Below, in pieces: positions 1 to 11,374 of a DNA stretch of 48,850 nucleotides. The notes under the pieces are model-generated. The model did not search any database, was not told the DNA's origin, and saw nothing but the letters and a program-made list of their open reading frames with translations. This stretch comes from Phycisphaerales bacterium (GTDB lineage Bacteria > Planctomycetota > Phycisphaerae > Phycisphaerales > UBA1924): the NCBI GenBank assembly GCA_007694925.1, contig REET01000127.1, positions 1-48,850 of the forward strand, given 5' to 3'. The first letter of the stretch is position 1, and the number at the start of each line of letters is the position of its first letter. Position numbers and translations under genes: made by a program.

Positions 1-38
1 CGCGAGGCAGCAGGCCAAGAGCGTGCAGGCGGCGTGCT

Positions 39-1043
39 TCAATCGGCGCCCTCCCCGCCCTGCGCCGGACGCGTCGACCATCCCTGCTCGGTCAGGATCT
101 CGCGGGCCCGCGTCGCGGCGCCGGACCTCGGGTGGTTGCGCACCAGCCGCCGGAGCGTGAACCGGGCGCTGATCGGGTCGCCCGTGCGGAGGTAGTAGCG
201 TGCGGTGTCGAGCATCTGTGCCGCGGCGGACTCGTCGATCCGGGCGAGCAGCGACTCGTTGAGGCCGACCTCGTCGGCCTCGATCGGGTACCGGTCGCGG
301 AACTCTTCGATCAGCAGCGCCGCCTCCTTGAGCGGGGTCGCGTCGTACTTGGGGCCCTTGAACTGCGTCAGGTTCGCCAAGACCTGGCGCTGCAGGGCGC
401 GTTTGCGAAAGCGGCTGTCTGGGAAGTTGATGCGGAGGATCTCGTACATCTCCGCCGCGAGCTTCATCTGGCGGGTGCGGTAGTAGAAATCGGCGAGCTC
501 GATGGCGGCGCGTTCGGCGGCCTCGCTGCCCGGCAGGCGCTGCTGCACGAGCACCAGCAGCTCTTGGGCGGTGGGGCCCGAGTCGAAGATGCGCAGCGGG
601 ATGAAGCCCTTGCGACGCATGCCCCGGGCGTAGCGAGTCGCGATCTCCAGCTCGCGCTGGATGGCGATCACATACTCGGGCGACTCGGGGAACTTGCCGA
701 TCAGGGCCTCATACGAGAAGAGCGCCCGGTACTCGTTGCCCATCGCAGAATCCGCGTCGCCAAGGAGCAGGTAGGCGGTGGGCAGGTACGGGTTGTCGGT
801 GTTTCGGTGCTCGCGGATCCAGCGCCGCAGGCGAGAGCGGGCGAGCGAGGGCCGGCCCTCGGCGATGAAGCGTCGGGAGTCGGCCATCAGGGCCGCGTCG
901 GTGCCCGGCTCGGGCGGCTCGCCGGCGATCCAGCCCGTCTCTTCGTCGAGGGTGAAGGTGGTCGCTTGCGCGTGGGCGAGGCCGGTCCACAGGCAGACCG
1001 CCAGAGCCGCCATCCAAACGGGCAGAGTCTTCGCAACGACCAT
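39..1043 (-). CDS. Exported TPR-repeat protein, BamD/YfiO-like candidate
   Basis: ORF 39..1187(-). Start moved to the internal ATG at 1043, which gives signal peptide MVVAKTLPVWMAALAVCLWTGLAHAQ. The body is a helical repeat with recurring F/H-P-x-S motifs (KFPESPEY, NFPDSRF, NHPRSGA), as in BamD-type proteins. Confidence 0.45.
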   Translation of the reverse strand: MVVAKTLPVWMAALAVCLWTGLAHAQATTFTLDEETGWIAGEPPEPGTDAALMADSRRFIAEGRPSLARSRLRRWIREHRNTDNPYLPTAYLLLGDADSAMGNEYRALFSYEALIGKFPESPEYVIAIQRELEIATRYARGMRRKGFIPLRIFDSGPTAQELLVLVQQRLPGSEAAERAAIELADFYYRTRQMKLAAEMYEILRINFPDSRFRKRALQRQVLANLTQFKGPKYDATPLKEAALLIEEFRDRYPIEADEVGLNESLLARIDESAAAQMLDTARYYLRTGDPISARFTLRRLVRNHPRSGAATRAREILTEQGWSTRPAQGGEGAD

Positions 1044-1138
1044 GGGCGGAGTGTATTGGTCTGGAGCCCCCGCGTCGCGGCCGGCCGCGGATCCTCGGGC
1101 GGGGCGAACTGCGCCTGTCGGTTCGCGGAGGGGGGCTG

Positions 1139-1176
1139 GCAAAAAAGAAGCGACGCCCCGGTGAAGGGGCGTCGCT
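1139..1176 (-). terminator. Rho-independent terminator downstream of the PEP-CTERM gene
   Basis: 10-bp perfect stem gcgacgcccc/ggggcgtcgc (1150-1159/1166-1175) with loop ggtgaa. It is followed on the minus strand by a T-run (plus-strand aaaaaa at 1141-1146). Confidence 0.7.
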
Positions 1177-1200
1177 GGAGGGAGCAATCAGGGAGAGCGA

Positions 1201-1953
1201 TCAGCGCCGGCGGCGGCCGGTCAGCAGGGGCAGGCCGGCCAGAGCGAGCAGGCTCGCCGGGGCGGGCACGACCTCGTACTGGAACTCGTAGGCGATCTTG
1301 ATGTAGTTGAAGGAATTGTTGAAGGTGTCGATCACGATGTCGCCGGGGTCGGAGACGCCGTCCATCCCGAACTCGGCCATGCCGAAGGTGAAGAAGGGGG
1401 TGTGGTTGCGGACGGTGCTGGGGGTCTGGCCCCGTCCGTCGAAGTAGCCGAGGAAGGTGACCGCCGTGGACCCGCGGAGCTCGGCGTCGACGACCCACTC
1501 GCCGAACTCGGGCGACTTGGTCATGCCGAAGTTCCACGAGAGGAACGAGATCTGGGTGCCGTTGATCTCCGTGCCCGGCTGGAGCAGGGAGGGCGCCTGA
1601 TGGGCCTGGTTGTTCGGGGTGGAGGGGTTGCGGGTGGTGAAGATCACCTCGTACCGGCGTCTGACGATGTCCGGGTTGCCGTTGCCGTTGCCGCTGGGCA
1701 CATCGCGCCACTCGGCGTAGATCTCCTGCCCGGAGGGGGAGGTGCCGATGGACTGCGGGCCCGCGTTGACCTCGACCTCGACATCGCCGCCGCTGTTGAA
1801 GTACGCGACGGGCTGGGAAGCCGAGGGCGACCAGGCCTGGAGCGAGAGCGAGGCGGTGGCGCCGGGGGCCACGGAGGGTTGGGCGTACGCCGCGGTCGCG
1901 AGCCCGGCAAGGCCGGCGGCCGCGAGGGTGCTGGTTGAAACACGCATCTTCAT
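1201..1953 (-). CDS. PEP-CTERM sorting-domain secreted protein
   Basis: ORF 1201..2070(-). The probable start is ATG 1953 (MKMRVSTSTLAAAGLAGLATAAYAQ signal peptide). The C-terminus VPAPASLLALAGLPLLTGRRRR has a PEP-like motif, a hydrophobic helix and a basic tail. Confidence 0.7.
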   Translation of the reverse strand: MKMRVSTSTLAAAGLAGLATAAYAQPSVAPGATASLSLQAWSPSASQPVAYFNSGGDVEVEVNAGPQSIGTSPSGQEIYAEWRDVPSGNGNGNPDIVRRRYEVIFTTRNPSTPNNQAHQAPSLLQPGTEINGTQISFLSWNFGMTKSPEFGEWVVDAELRGSTAVTFLGYFDGRGQTPSTVRNHTPFFTFGMAEFGMDGVSDPGDIVIDTFNNSFNYIKIAYEFQYEVVPAPASLLALAGLPLLTGRRRR

Positions 1954-2208
1954 CTCAACATCCCTCCCCGCTTCCAGCGGGGCTTGGCCCCCCGGACCGG
2001 GCCGGGGGATCTCTCTCGTGCGCAACGCAACAAAGTCGTCGCGAAGCGTCGTCCATCTATTTATGTACACCAGATCGGGGCCGGGACCAGCAAATCAGGA
2101 AGAAAACCTACAGAACGCGCAGACGCACCGGGCCCTCCAGCGCCCCAGCGGGCGCGGATATGTTTGATTATCGTGAGGTATGGAAGGGGCGCAGGTACAC
2201 TCACGCCC

Positions 2209-3489
2209 ATGAAAACCACCGATTCTTCGTCTCGTTCGGCGGTGATCACCGGGCTCGGGGCCGTCTCGCCGATCGGAATCGGAGTCGATAGTTATCGGAA
2301 CTCGTTGCAGGCCGGCGTCTCCGGCGTGCGGCCGATCGAGCCCGACGACCGCATCCGCTCCGGCGTCGCCGCCCCGTGCAGCGACTTCGAACCGTCCGAT
2401 ATCGTTTCCTCCGCGGATCTCAGGCGGCTTCCGAGACTCGCCCCGATGGCGCTGGCCGCGGCGACCGAGGCGCTGACCCAGGCCCGTCGCCCATTCGGCC
2501 CGGAGCTGGATGTCCAGGGCGGGCGATCGGTCGGGCTGGTGCTCGGGACCGGGGGTGGCGGGATCGACTTCACCCTCGACCAGGCCAGATCCATCTACGC
2601 AGGGGGCAAGGCGAGCCTCTGGACGATCACCAACGCGACCCACGGCAATCTCGCGGGCGAGCTCTCCATCCGCCTCGGGCTCCGGGGCCCGAGCCTCTGC
2701 GTCTCGACCGGGTGCGCCAGCTCGTCCGACGCGGTCGGCCTGGCGATGGATCTGCTCCGCTCGGACCGGCCCGGGACGCCCGAGGCGGTGGTGGTCGTCG
2801 GGGCCGATGCGCACATCCGCTGGGAGACCCTCGCGGCGATGGAACTGCTCGGCGTCGTCTCAACAAAGGAATGGAGCGACGAAGAAGCGCCGACCGCCTG
2901 CCGCCCGTTCGACAAGAGCCGCAGCGGCTTCGTGCTCGGCGAAGGGGCGTGGGCGGCGGTCTTGGAGCGGCCGGATGTCGCGGCCGATCGGGGGGCGAGG
3001 CCGGTCGGGCGTGTGCTGGGCTATGGGTGCACCTGCGACGCCCACCATCGCGTGCGCCCCGCCGAAGACATGGCCGAGTCCGCCCGCGCGATGACGCTGG
3101 CGATGCGGGACGCGCGTGTCGAGCCCGAAGGCATCGGCGTGGTGCACTACCACGGGACGGGCACGCCGCTCAACGACCGGCTGGAGACGATGGCGGTGCG
3201 GCTCGCGTTCGGCGATCACGCCGATCGCCTGACGGGTTCGAGCTGCAAGAGCATGATCGGGCACCCGCAGGGCGCGAGCGGGATGGCGGCGCTGGTGGCG
3301 ACGGTCGCGGCGCTCTCGGGCGACGACCCGTTCGTTCCTCCGACGATCAACCTGCACGAGCCGGGCGAGGGTTGCGACCTCGACTACACGCCCCTGGAGG
3401 CGAGGCCGGCGCCGGGGCGTGTGGCGCTGGTGAACTGCCTGGCCTTCGGCGCCAAGAACAGCGCGTTGGTGGTCGAGGGGTGCGCGTAG
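2209..3489 (+). CDS. Beta-ketoacyl-ACP synthase, KAS I/II (FabF-like) family
   Basis: ORF 1984..3489(+). The likely start is ATG 2209 (MKTTDSSSRSAVITGLGAVSPIG). The active-site Cys lies in STGCASSSDAVG, and the two His and the Lys lie in CDAHH, HYHGTGTPLND and KSMIGHPQGASG. Confidence 0.85.
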   Translation: MKTTDSSSRSAVITGLGAVSPIGIGVDSYRNSLQAGVSGVRPIEPDDRIRSGVAAPCSDFEPSDIVSSADLRRLPRLAPMALAAATEALTQARRPFGPELDVQGGRSVGLVLGTGGGGIDFTLDQARSIYAGGKASLWTITNATHGNLAGELSIRLGLRGPSLCVSTGCASSSDAVGLAMDLLRSDRPGTPEAVVVVGADAHIRWETLAAMELLGVVSTKEWSDEEAPTACRPFDKSRSGFVLGEGAWAAVLERPDVAADRGARPVGRVLGYGCTCDAHHRVRPAEDMAESARAMTLAMRDARVEPEGIGVVHYHGTGTPLNDRLETMAVRLAFGDHADRLTGSSCKSMIGHPQGASGMAALVATVAALSGDDPFVPPTINLHEPGEGCDLDYTPLEARPAPGRVALVNCLAFGAKNSALVVEGCA

Positions 3490-3499
3490 GGCGTCGGTT

Positions 3500-3763
3500 T
3501 CAGATCGCGCCGCGGAAAAAGACGAGCACGAGCACCACAAACGCGACAACGAGCACCGCCGCGATGAGCAGGATCGTCCTCGTGGTCGTGAGGTCCTGCA
3601 ACCCCCTGCGGCGGAGGTTCCAGACATCGAGCTTGGCGTCGCATTTGGGGCAGCGGTCGGTGGTGTGGTCGCGGAGGTTTGTCGAGCAGGCGGGGCAGTA
3701 GACATCGCGACCGGCGAGGAACTCGCGGAGGCGTTCGAGGGGGTCGGGCACGGGCTCGGGCAT
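3500..3763 (-). CDS. Small zinc-ribbon protein with C-terminal TM helix (hypothetical)
   Basis: 87 aa with CPAC-x13-CPKC, then TILLIAAVLVVAFVVLVLVFF. Third codon positions are GC-rich like the host genes. Confidence 0.55.
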   Translation of the reverse strand: MPEPVPDPLERLREFLAGRDVYCPACSTNLRDHTTDRCPKCDAKLDVWNLRRRGLQDLTTTRTILLIAAVLVVAFVVLVLVFFRGAI

Positions 3764-3798
3764 CGGGCGACGATAGGATCGAGCGAGGAGGCCCGGCG

Positions 3799-4677
3799 AT
3801 GGAGCTGACGCCGCTGCGGTACCTGATCGCGATCGCCGAACACGGGCACATGACCCGGGCGGCGAGTGCGATGGGTGTGACGCAGCCGGCGCTCTCGGCG
3901 ATGCTCCGCAAGCTCGAGGCGGAGGTCGGCGTCGAGCTGCTCCACCGCACCGGGCGGGGTGTTGAGCCGACCGAGGCGGGGCTGGTGTTCCTCGAGCACG
4001 CGCGCGACGCGGTGCGCCGGGCCGACGCGGGCGTCGCCGCGGTGCGATCGCTGGCGGGCCTCGAACGGGGCTCGATCCGCGTGGGGGGCGGGGCGACGGC
4101 GACGGGCTACCTGCTCCCGAGCGTGATCTCGGCGGTCCGGCACTCGCACCCGGGCCTCCGCTTCCTGGTGCGCGAGGCGGGGTCGGAGGCGGTCGCCTCC
4201 AGCGTCCTGTCGGGCGAGCTGGACCTGGGCATCGTCACCGAGGGCGTGCGCCACCCCCAGCGCGACGACCTCTTCCGGGTGCGATCGGTCGCCGACGAGC
4301 TGCGGCTGATCGTTCCGAAAGGGCACGCGCTGACGGGCAAGAAATCGTTCCGCTGGTCGGATCTGCAGGGCGAGCATGTGATCGGATTCGAGGCGGGTTC
4401 GGCGGTGCGGGAGTTGATCGACAAAGCCGCACGGGACCGGGGCGTCGCGCTCGATGTCGTGATGGAGCTTCGTTCGATCGAGTCGATCAAGCAGATGGTG
4501 GGGGCCGGGATCGGCGTGGCGTTTGTGAGCCGCTTTGCGCTCGGAGAGGGTGTCGGGCTGCGTTGCCGCGACGAACGCCTGGCGAGAGAGCTCTCGATCG
4601 TGCGTCGCCAGGGGCGTGTGCCGAGCCCGGCGGCGTCCGCGTTCGAGACGGAACTGCTCAAGAGCCTGGGGCGCTAG
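3799..4677 (+). CDS. LysR-family transcriptional regulator
   Basis: ORF 3679..4677(+). Start is ATG 3799. The N-terminal HTH is MELTPLRYLIAIAEHGHMTRAASAMGVTQPALSAMLRKLE, followed by a LysR substrate-binding-type C-terminal domain. Confidence 0.9.
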   Translation: MELTPLRYLIAIAEHGHMTRAASAMGVTQPALSAMLRKLEAEVGVELLHRTGRGVEPTEAGLVFLEHARDAVRRADAGVAAVRSLAGLERGSIRVGGGATATGYLLPSVISAVRHSHPGLRFLVREAGSEAVASSVLSGELDLGIVTEGVRHPQRDDLFRVRSVADELRLIVPKGHALTGKKSFRWSDLQGEHVIGFEAGSAVRELIDKAARDRGVALDVVMELRSIESIKQMVGAGIGVAFVSRFALGEGVGLRCRDERLARELSIVRRQGRVPSPAASAFETELLKSLGR

Positions 4678-4710
4678 CCTCCCCAACATTCACAAGAGGA
4701 GGACGGCAAG

Positions 4711-5352
4711 ATGAGAATCCTGATCGCAAGCGACCTGCACTGCGACATCGCGGCGGCCCGACGACTGGTCGACAAGTCCGCCGAGGCTGAGATGGTCATC
4801 ATCGCGGGCGACTTCGCCAATCAGCACGAGGGCCTGAAGGAACTGATCGGCGCGATCCGCGACATCCGCTGCCCGACCGTGCTCGTCCCGGGCAACAACG
4901 AGCGCGAGGATGCACTCCGCGAGGCGTGCGAGGGCTGGCTCGGCGCGACCGTCCTGCACACCGAGCGCACCAATGTCGCGGGCTTTCCGGTCTACGGGAT
5001 CGGCTGCGGCATCCCGCCGCTCAACCGCGACTGGAGCTTCGACATGACCGAGGACGAGGCGAGAGCAAAGCTCGGCGCCCTGCACGACAACGAGCTGACC
5101 GGCGGGCTGCTGGTCACCCATTCGCCGCCCAAGGGCTTGTGCGACGAGGTCACCGGCGAGCACCACGGGAGCGAGGCGATCCTGGAGGCGGTGCGCAAGG
5201 CCAAGCCCGATGTGGTGGTCTGCGGGCACATCCACCAGTCGTGGGGCGCCGAGGCGACCGAGGGTTCGACAAGGGTCTACAACGCCGGGCCGGAGGGGAG
5301 GATCATCGAGGTCGGCCCGGACATCGGCGGGGGCGGGGCGGAGGGCGCTTGA
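4711..5352 (+). CDS. Calcineurin-like metallophosphoesterase
   Basis: Motifs DLHCD, AGDF, PGNNE and CGHIH occur in the canonical order. An RBS aggagga lies at about 4697-4703. Confidence 0.85.
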   Translation: MRILIASDLHCDIAAARRLVDKSAEAEMVIIAGDFANQHEGLKELIGAIRDIRCPTVLVPGNNEREDALREACEGWLGATVLHTERTNVAGFPVYGIGCGIPPLNRDWSFDMTEDEARAKLGALHDNELTGGLLVTHSPPKGLCDEVTGEHHGSEAILEAVRKAKPDVVVCGHIHQSWGAEATEGSTRVYNAGPEGRIIEVGPDIGGGGAEGA

Positions 5353-5470
5353 CCCAGACATAAACAAAAGCAATCGAACTAAGTATATGCATTGATTCGA
5401 TATATCACTCCGGCGGTACGATACTTATGCCGAAGCAGCCGCGCCGACCGGCGCCCTGAAGGAGACTGCC
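5353..5470 (+). promoter_or_regulatory. AT-rich intergenic region upstream of acnA (putative promoter/operator)
   Basis: This is the only strongly AT-rich stretch nearby (cataaacaaaagcaatcgaactaagtatatgcattgattcgatatatcac). It contains the palindromes atgcat (5387-5392) and gatatatc (5399-5406), and an RBS ggaga at 5461-5465. Confidence 0.3.
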
Positions 5471-8329
<2,859 letters not shown>

Positions 8330-8360
8330 TGGCCGGTGTGATCAAGTCGGAATGAAGAGC

Positions 8361-8392
8361 AGCCCCGCGGGATCCCGCGGGGCTGTTTGTTT
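8361..8392 (+). terminator. Rho-independent terminator after acnA
   Basis: Perfect palindrome agccccgcggga/tcccgcggggct (8361-8384), followed by gtttgttt. Confidence 0.75.
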
Positions 8393-8410
8393 CGAGACCG
8401 GATCGGAGGC

Positions 8411-8602
8411 TCAACCTCGCGAGGGCCGGCGCAGATTTCGTGCAGCGATCCGTTCTCGCAGGCGATCCCAGTACCGATCATCGACCTCGATCGGTGTGCC
8501 GCTGCGCAGGCCATCGAGCAGCATCCGTTCAAGGGCTGCGTCGGCTTCAGTTGGACGCACGCGATCGTGGTGTGTTCTCTTATCAGCCTTTCCGTCGGTC
8601 AT
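8411..8602 (-). CDS. ParD-family antitoxin C-terminal fragment (possible remnant)
   Basis: 63 aa. ALERMLLDGLRSGTPIEVDDRYWDRLRERIAARN resembles the C-terminal half of ParD/CC2985-type antitoxins, but the N-terminal RHH part is missing. By hand count, 26 of 63 codons end in A/T, unlike neighbouring genes. Confidence 0.35.
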   Translation of the reverse strand: MTDGKADKRTHHDRVRPTEADAALERMLLDGLRSGTPIEVDDRYWDRLRERIAARNLRRPSRG

Positions 8603-8612
8603 GCCCGCGCCC

Positions 8613-9191
8613 TCACGCCCCCGGCCAGAGCAGGGCGAAGATCAGGCCCGTCGCGAGGGCGTACACCAGGCCGTCGATCGCGTCGGTCACGAAGAAGCGC
8701 AGGCGTTTGCCGAACCAGAGGCCGTTCATCATCCCGCCGAGCACATACACCAGCACGCCGCCGGTCGCGACGAGCTGGAAGACAGCGCCGAACTCGGCGC
8801 CGGGCGCCCGCGACGCGCCGGCGATGTACGCGATGACGACCGAGACCACGAGGAAGTAGAGGAAGGTCAGGCCCATGTTCCGGCCCATGCTGGGCTTGGC
8901 GGGGAACAGGTTCAGCGTGCCCCACGGGCCGATGTCGTACAGGGCCTGGAACCGCTCGGTCTTGTACTCCTTGGGGTCCTCGCAGTTGGGGAACATGTAG
9001 CTCCCCTGCGGGATGTCGAGCTTGCGCAGCGCGTCGAGCACTTCATCCTGCTGGGGCAGGCAGGCGATGTCCTTCTTGTGGTGCGGGGCGAGCATCCAGC
9101 AGACAAAGCTCAAGAAGAACAGCACGACGCCCGAGACGACGATCGGCAGCCAGAGCGCGAGCAGGTCGGTGGCCATATTGAGGGTCTCCAT
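8613..9191 (-). CDS. Hypothetical integral membrane protein (about 4 TM)
   Basis: ORF 8613..9455(-). The likely start is ATG 9191 or 9176 (METLNMATDLLALWLPIVVSGVVLFFLSFVCW). Hydrophobic helices are spread through the protein. Confidence 0.6.
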   Translation of the reverse strand: METLNMATDLLALWLPIVVSGVVLFFLSFVCWMLAPHHKKDIACLPQQDEVLDALRKLDIPQGSYMFPNCEDPKEYKTERFQALYDIGPWGTLNLFPAKPSMGRNMGLTFLYFLVVSVVIAYIAGASRAPGAEFGAVFQLVATGGVLVYVLGGMMNGLWFGKRLRFFVTDAIDGLVYALATGLIFALLWPGA

Positions 9192-9351
9192 CGGCGGCCG
9201 GGCCCGGCCGCCGCGAGAGCATACAGCATCCTCGGGTATTGGAGATGACCGGGTCTGCTGCCAAGGATCGGGGGCTTCGTTTGTCCCGCCGTCCCCCTCC
9301 CCATGCCCCGCGGGCTCATCCGCCCTGACCGTCCCCGCGAACCCGCTTACG

Positions 9352-10446
9352 ATGGATACCGTGCAACGAAAGCAACCCTCAGAGTTCGCCGCCGAGATCA
9401 TCCACGGGAGCGCCCGGGCTCTGGTCTCCGCGTCGGTCGAGCGGATGTTCGCCAAAGACCCGTCGCTGCCGGTCCGCTGGGGCTCCGGGGCCTTCCAGAA
9501 GTGGGTCTCGGAGCTGCACGCCCGGGTCGATCAGCTGATCTCCGCCGCCCGACTGCACCGCCCGGCGGTCTTTGTCGCCAACACCGACTGGGCCCGGCGT
9601 GCGTACGCCGCCCGGAATGTCGAGGAGAAAGACCTCGCCCTCGGGCTGATGTGCCTGGGGGAGGTGCTGGAGGAGGAGCTGCCCGCCCCCGCGGCCGACG
9701 CCCTCCGCCCGTACTTCAAGGGCGCTCTGGCCCACTTCGGCACGCCGCTGGAAGACGAGCCGAGCCCGCTGGACCGCTGCGGGGAGCACACCGATCTGGC
9801 CGTGCGGTACCTCACGCGGCTGCTGGAGGGCAAGCGCGAGGTCGCCAGCGGCCTGATCCTCGACGCCGTCGCCTCGGGCGTTCCGGTGGACCGCATCTAC
9901 CTGCAGGTGCTCGGCCCGGTGCAGGACGAGCTCGGGCGGCTCTGGCTGGCTGGCGAGGTGCATGTCGGCGAGGAGCACTACTGCACCGCCTCGACGATGC
10001 ATGTGATGAGCCAGCTCTACCCCGTCATCGCCGCGGCGCCCAAGCGCGACGGGCGGACGGTGCTGGCCGCCTCGGTCGAGGGCAACGCCCACGAGATCGG
10101 CATCCGCATGGTCTCGGACTTCTTCGAGCTGGCGGGCTGGCGGTCGATCTACCTCGGCACGAGCATCCCCGCCGATGACCTCGTGCAGACGATGATCGAC
10201 TTCGAGGTCGATGTGGTCTGCCTCTCTGCGATGCTGACGGTCCACCTCGATGTCGTCGGCGACACGATCAACGCCGTCCGCGCCGAACCGAGAACGGCCG
10301 ACATCCCCGTGATCGTCGGCGGCAAGGCGTTCATGCTCGACCCGGACATCTGGAAGGATCTCGGCGCCGACGGCTCCGAGCGTCATCCGGTCGACACGGT
10401 CGATCTCGCCGAGAAGCTCGTCACCGCCGGACGCCCGAAGGTCTGA
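9352..10446 (+). CDS. Cobalamin (B12)-binding domain protein, CarH-like sensor module without DNA-binding domain
   Basis: ORF 9013..10446(+). Start is ATG 9352. The helical-bundle motif W198-x9-E208-H209 (RLWLAGEVHVGEEH) is followed by a Rossmann B12-binding domain with NAHEIG (H247) and a VIVGG strand. Confidence 0.75.
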   Translation: MDTVQRKQPSEFAAEIIHGSARALVSASVERMFAKDPSLPVRWGSGAFQKWVSELHARVDQLISAARLHRPAVFVANTDWARRAYAARNVEEKDLALGLMCLGEVLEEELPAPAADALRPYFKGALAHFGTPLEDEPSPLDRCGEHTDLAVRYLTRLLEGKREVASGLILDAVASGVPVDRIYLQVLGPVQDELGRLWLAGEVHVGEEHYCTASTMHVMSQLYPVIAAAPKRDGRTVLAASVEGNAHEIGIRMVSDFFELAGWRSIYLGTSIPADDLVQTMIDFEVDVVCLSAMLTVHLDVVGDTINAVRAEPRTADIPVIVGGKAFMLDPDIWKDLGADGSERHPVDTVDLAEKLVTAGRPKV

Positions 10447-10530
10447 CGCTCGCCGCGCTCACGCGTATATTCCGGTCCGACTGCCCCGGCGGCGTGCCGC
10501 GGCGTCGGTGTTCTGTCCCCGGAGTGACCG

Positions 10531-11169
10531 GTGTCGCGAGCCGAAGCCATCGCCGGAAGCGGATCCGCCCGTCGCGAGCGGGCGGGCGACGACGCCGGGC
10601 GTCTCTCGCTGCTCTCGCGCCTGGCGCTGAGCGTGTTCGGGGCGATGATGCTCGGGTTTGCGGCCCAGGTCGCGATCCCCCTCTGGCCCTACGGCCTGCC
10701 CCAGTCGCTCCAGACACTGGCGGTCCTGCTGATCGCGATCGGCCTGGGCCCGAAGCTCGGGTCGCTCAGCCTGGTGATCTACCTCGGCGTGGGGGCGCTG
10801 GGGGCGGGGGTGTTCGCCGAGGGCGAGGCGGGGGTCGCGGTGCTGTTCGGCCAGACCGCGGGGTACCTGCTGGGGTTTTTGCTCTGTCAGCCCCTGGTCG
10901 CGAAGATCGTGCGCCGGCGGGACGGGTCGGTGCGCGGGTGGCTGGCGCTGGTCTTGGCGGGGGTCGCGGCCCACGGGCTGATCTACGCCCTGGGCGTGCC
11001 GTGGCTCTACTTCCTGCGGAACATGGACCCCGGCCTGGACCCGATCACTTGGCGGAACGCAATTCTTTACGGAATGGTCGCCTTTTTGCCCTGGGACGCG
11101 GCAAAGACAGCGCTCGCGGTCGTGATCGGACGATGGATGCTCCCGCGGGCGATGCGTCGCGTCTGGTGA
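10531..11169 (+). CDS. bioY: Biotin transporter BioY (ECF S-component)
   Basis: GTG start. LQTLAVLLIAIGLGPKLGSLSLVIYLGVGALGAGVFAEG...GQTAGYLLGFLL matches the conserved BioY core. Confidence 0.85.
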   Translation: MSRAEAIAGSGSARRERAGDDAGRLSLLSRLALSVFGAMMLGFAAQVAIPLWPYGLPQSLQTLAVLLIAIGLGPKLGSLSLVIYLGVGALGAGVFAEGEAGVAVLFGQTAGYLLGFLLCQPLVAKIVRRRDGSVRGWLALVLAGVAAHGLIYALGVPWLYFLRNMDPGLDPITWRNAILYGMVAFLPWDAAKTALAVVIGRWMLPRAMRRVW

Positions 11170-11374
11170 TGCGGACGTGTCCGCAGAGCGGCGGGTGAAG
11201 ATGGGGGCTTGCCCGTATTTGTGCCCGCCGTCGAAATAGCCCCGGCCCCGCAATTGTTCTCTCATGTGATCCGAAGTGTCGGGTCGGACGAAGAGTTCCA
11301 TGCGAACCTGTTCGACCTGATCAGGATCATCCGTTCGGCGAGGCGTGAGCCTTGCTGAGCGGCCCCAAGTCCCC

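Noticed and set aside
11201-11239. 12-codon ORF MGACPYLCPPSK in the bioY 3' region
   Set aside because: It is too short, has no obvious RBS, and cannot be supported from sequence alone.
11258-11287. Possible third, direct-orientation copy of the inverted-repeat sequence (shares gtcgggtcgg and tctct with 11851-11882)
   Set aside because: Only about 21 of 30 positions match by hand alignment, with the identity concentrated in one 10-mer. This is too weak to call without a genome-wide search.
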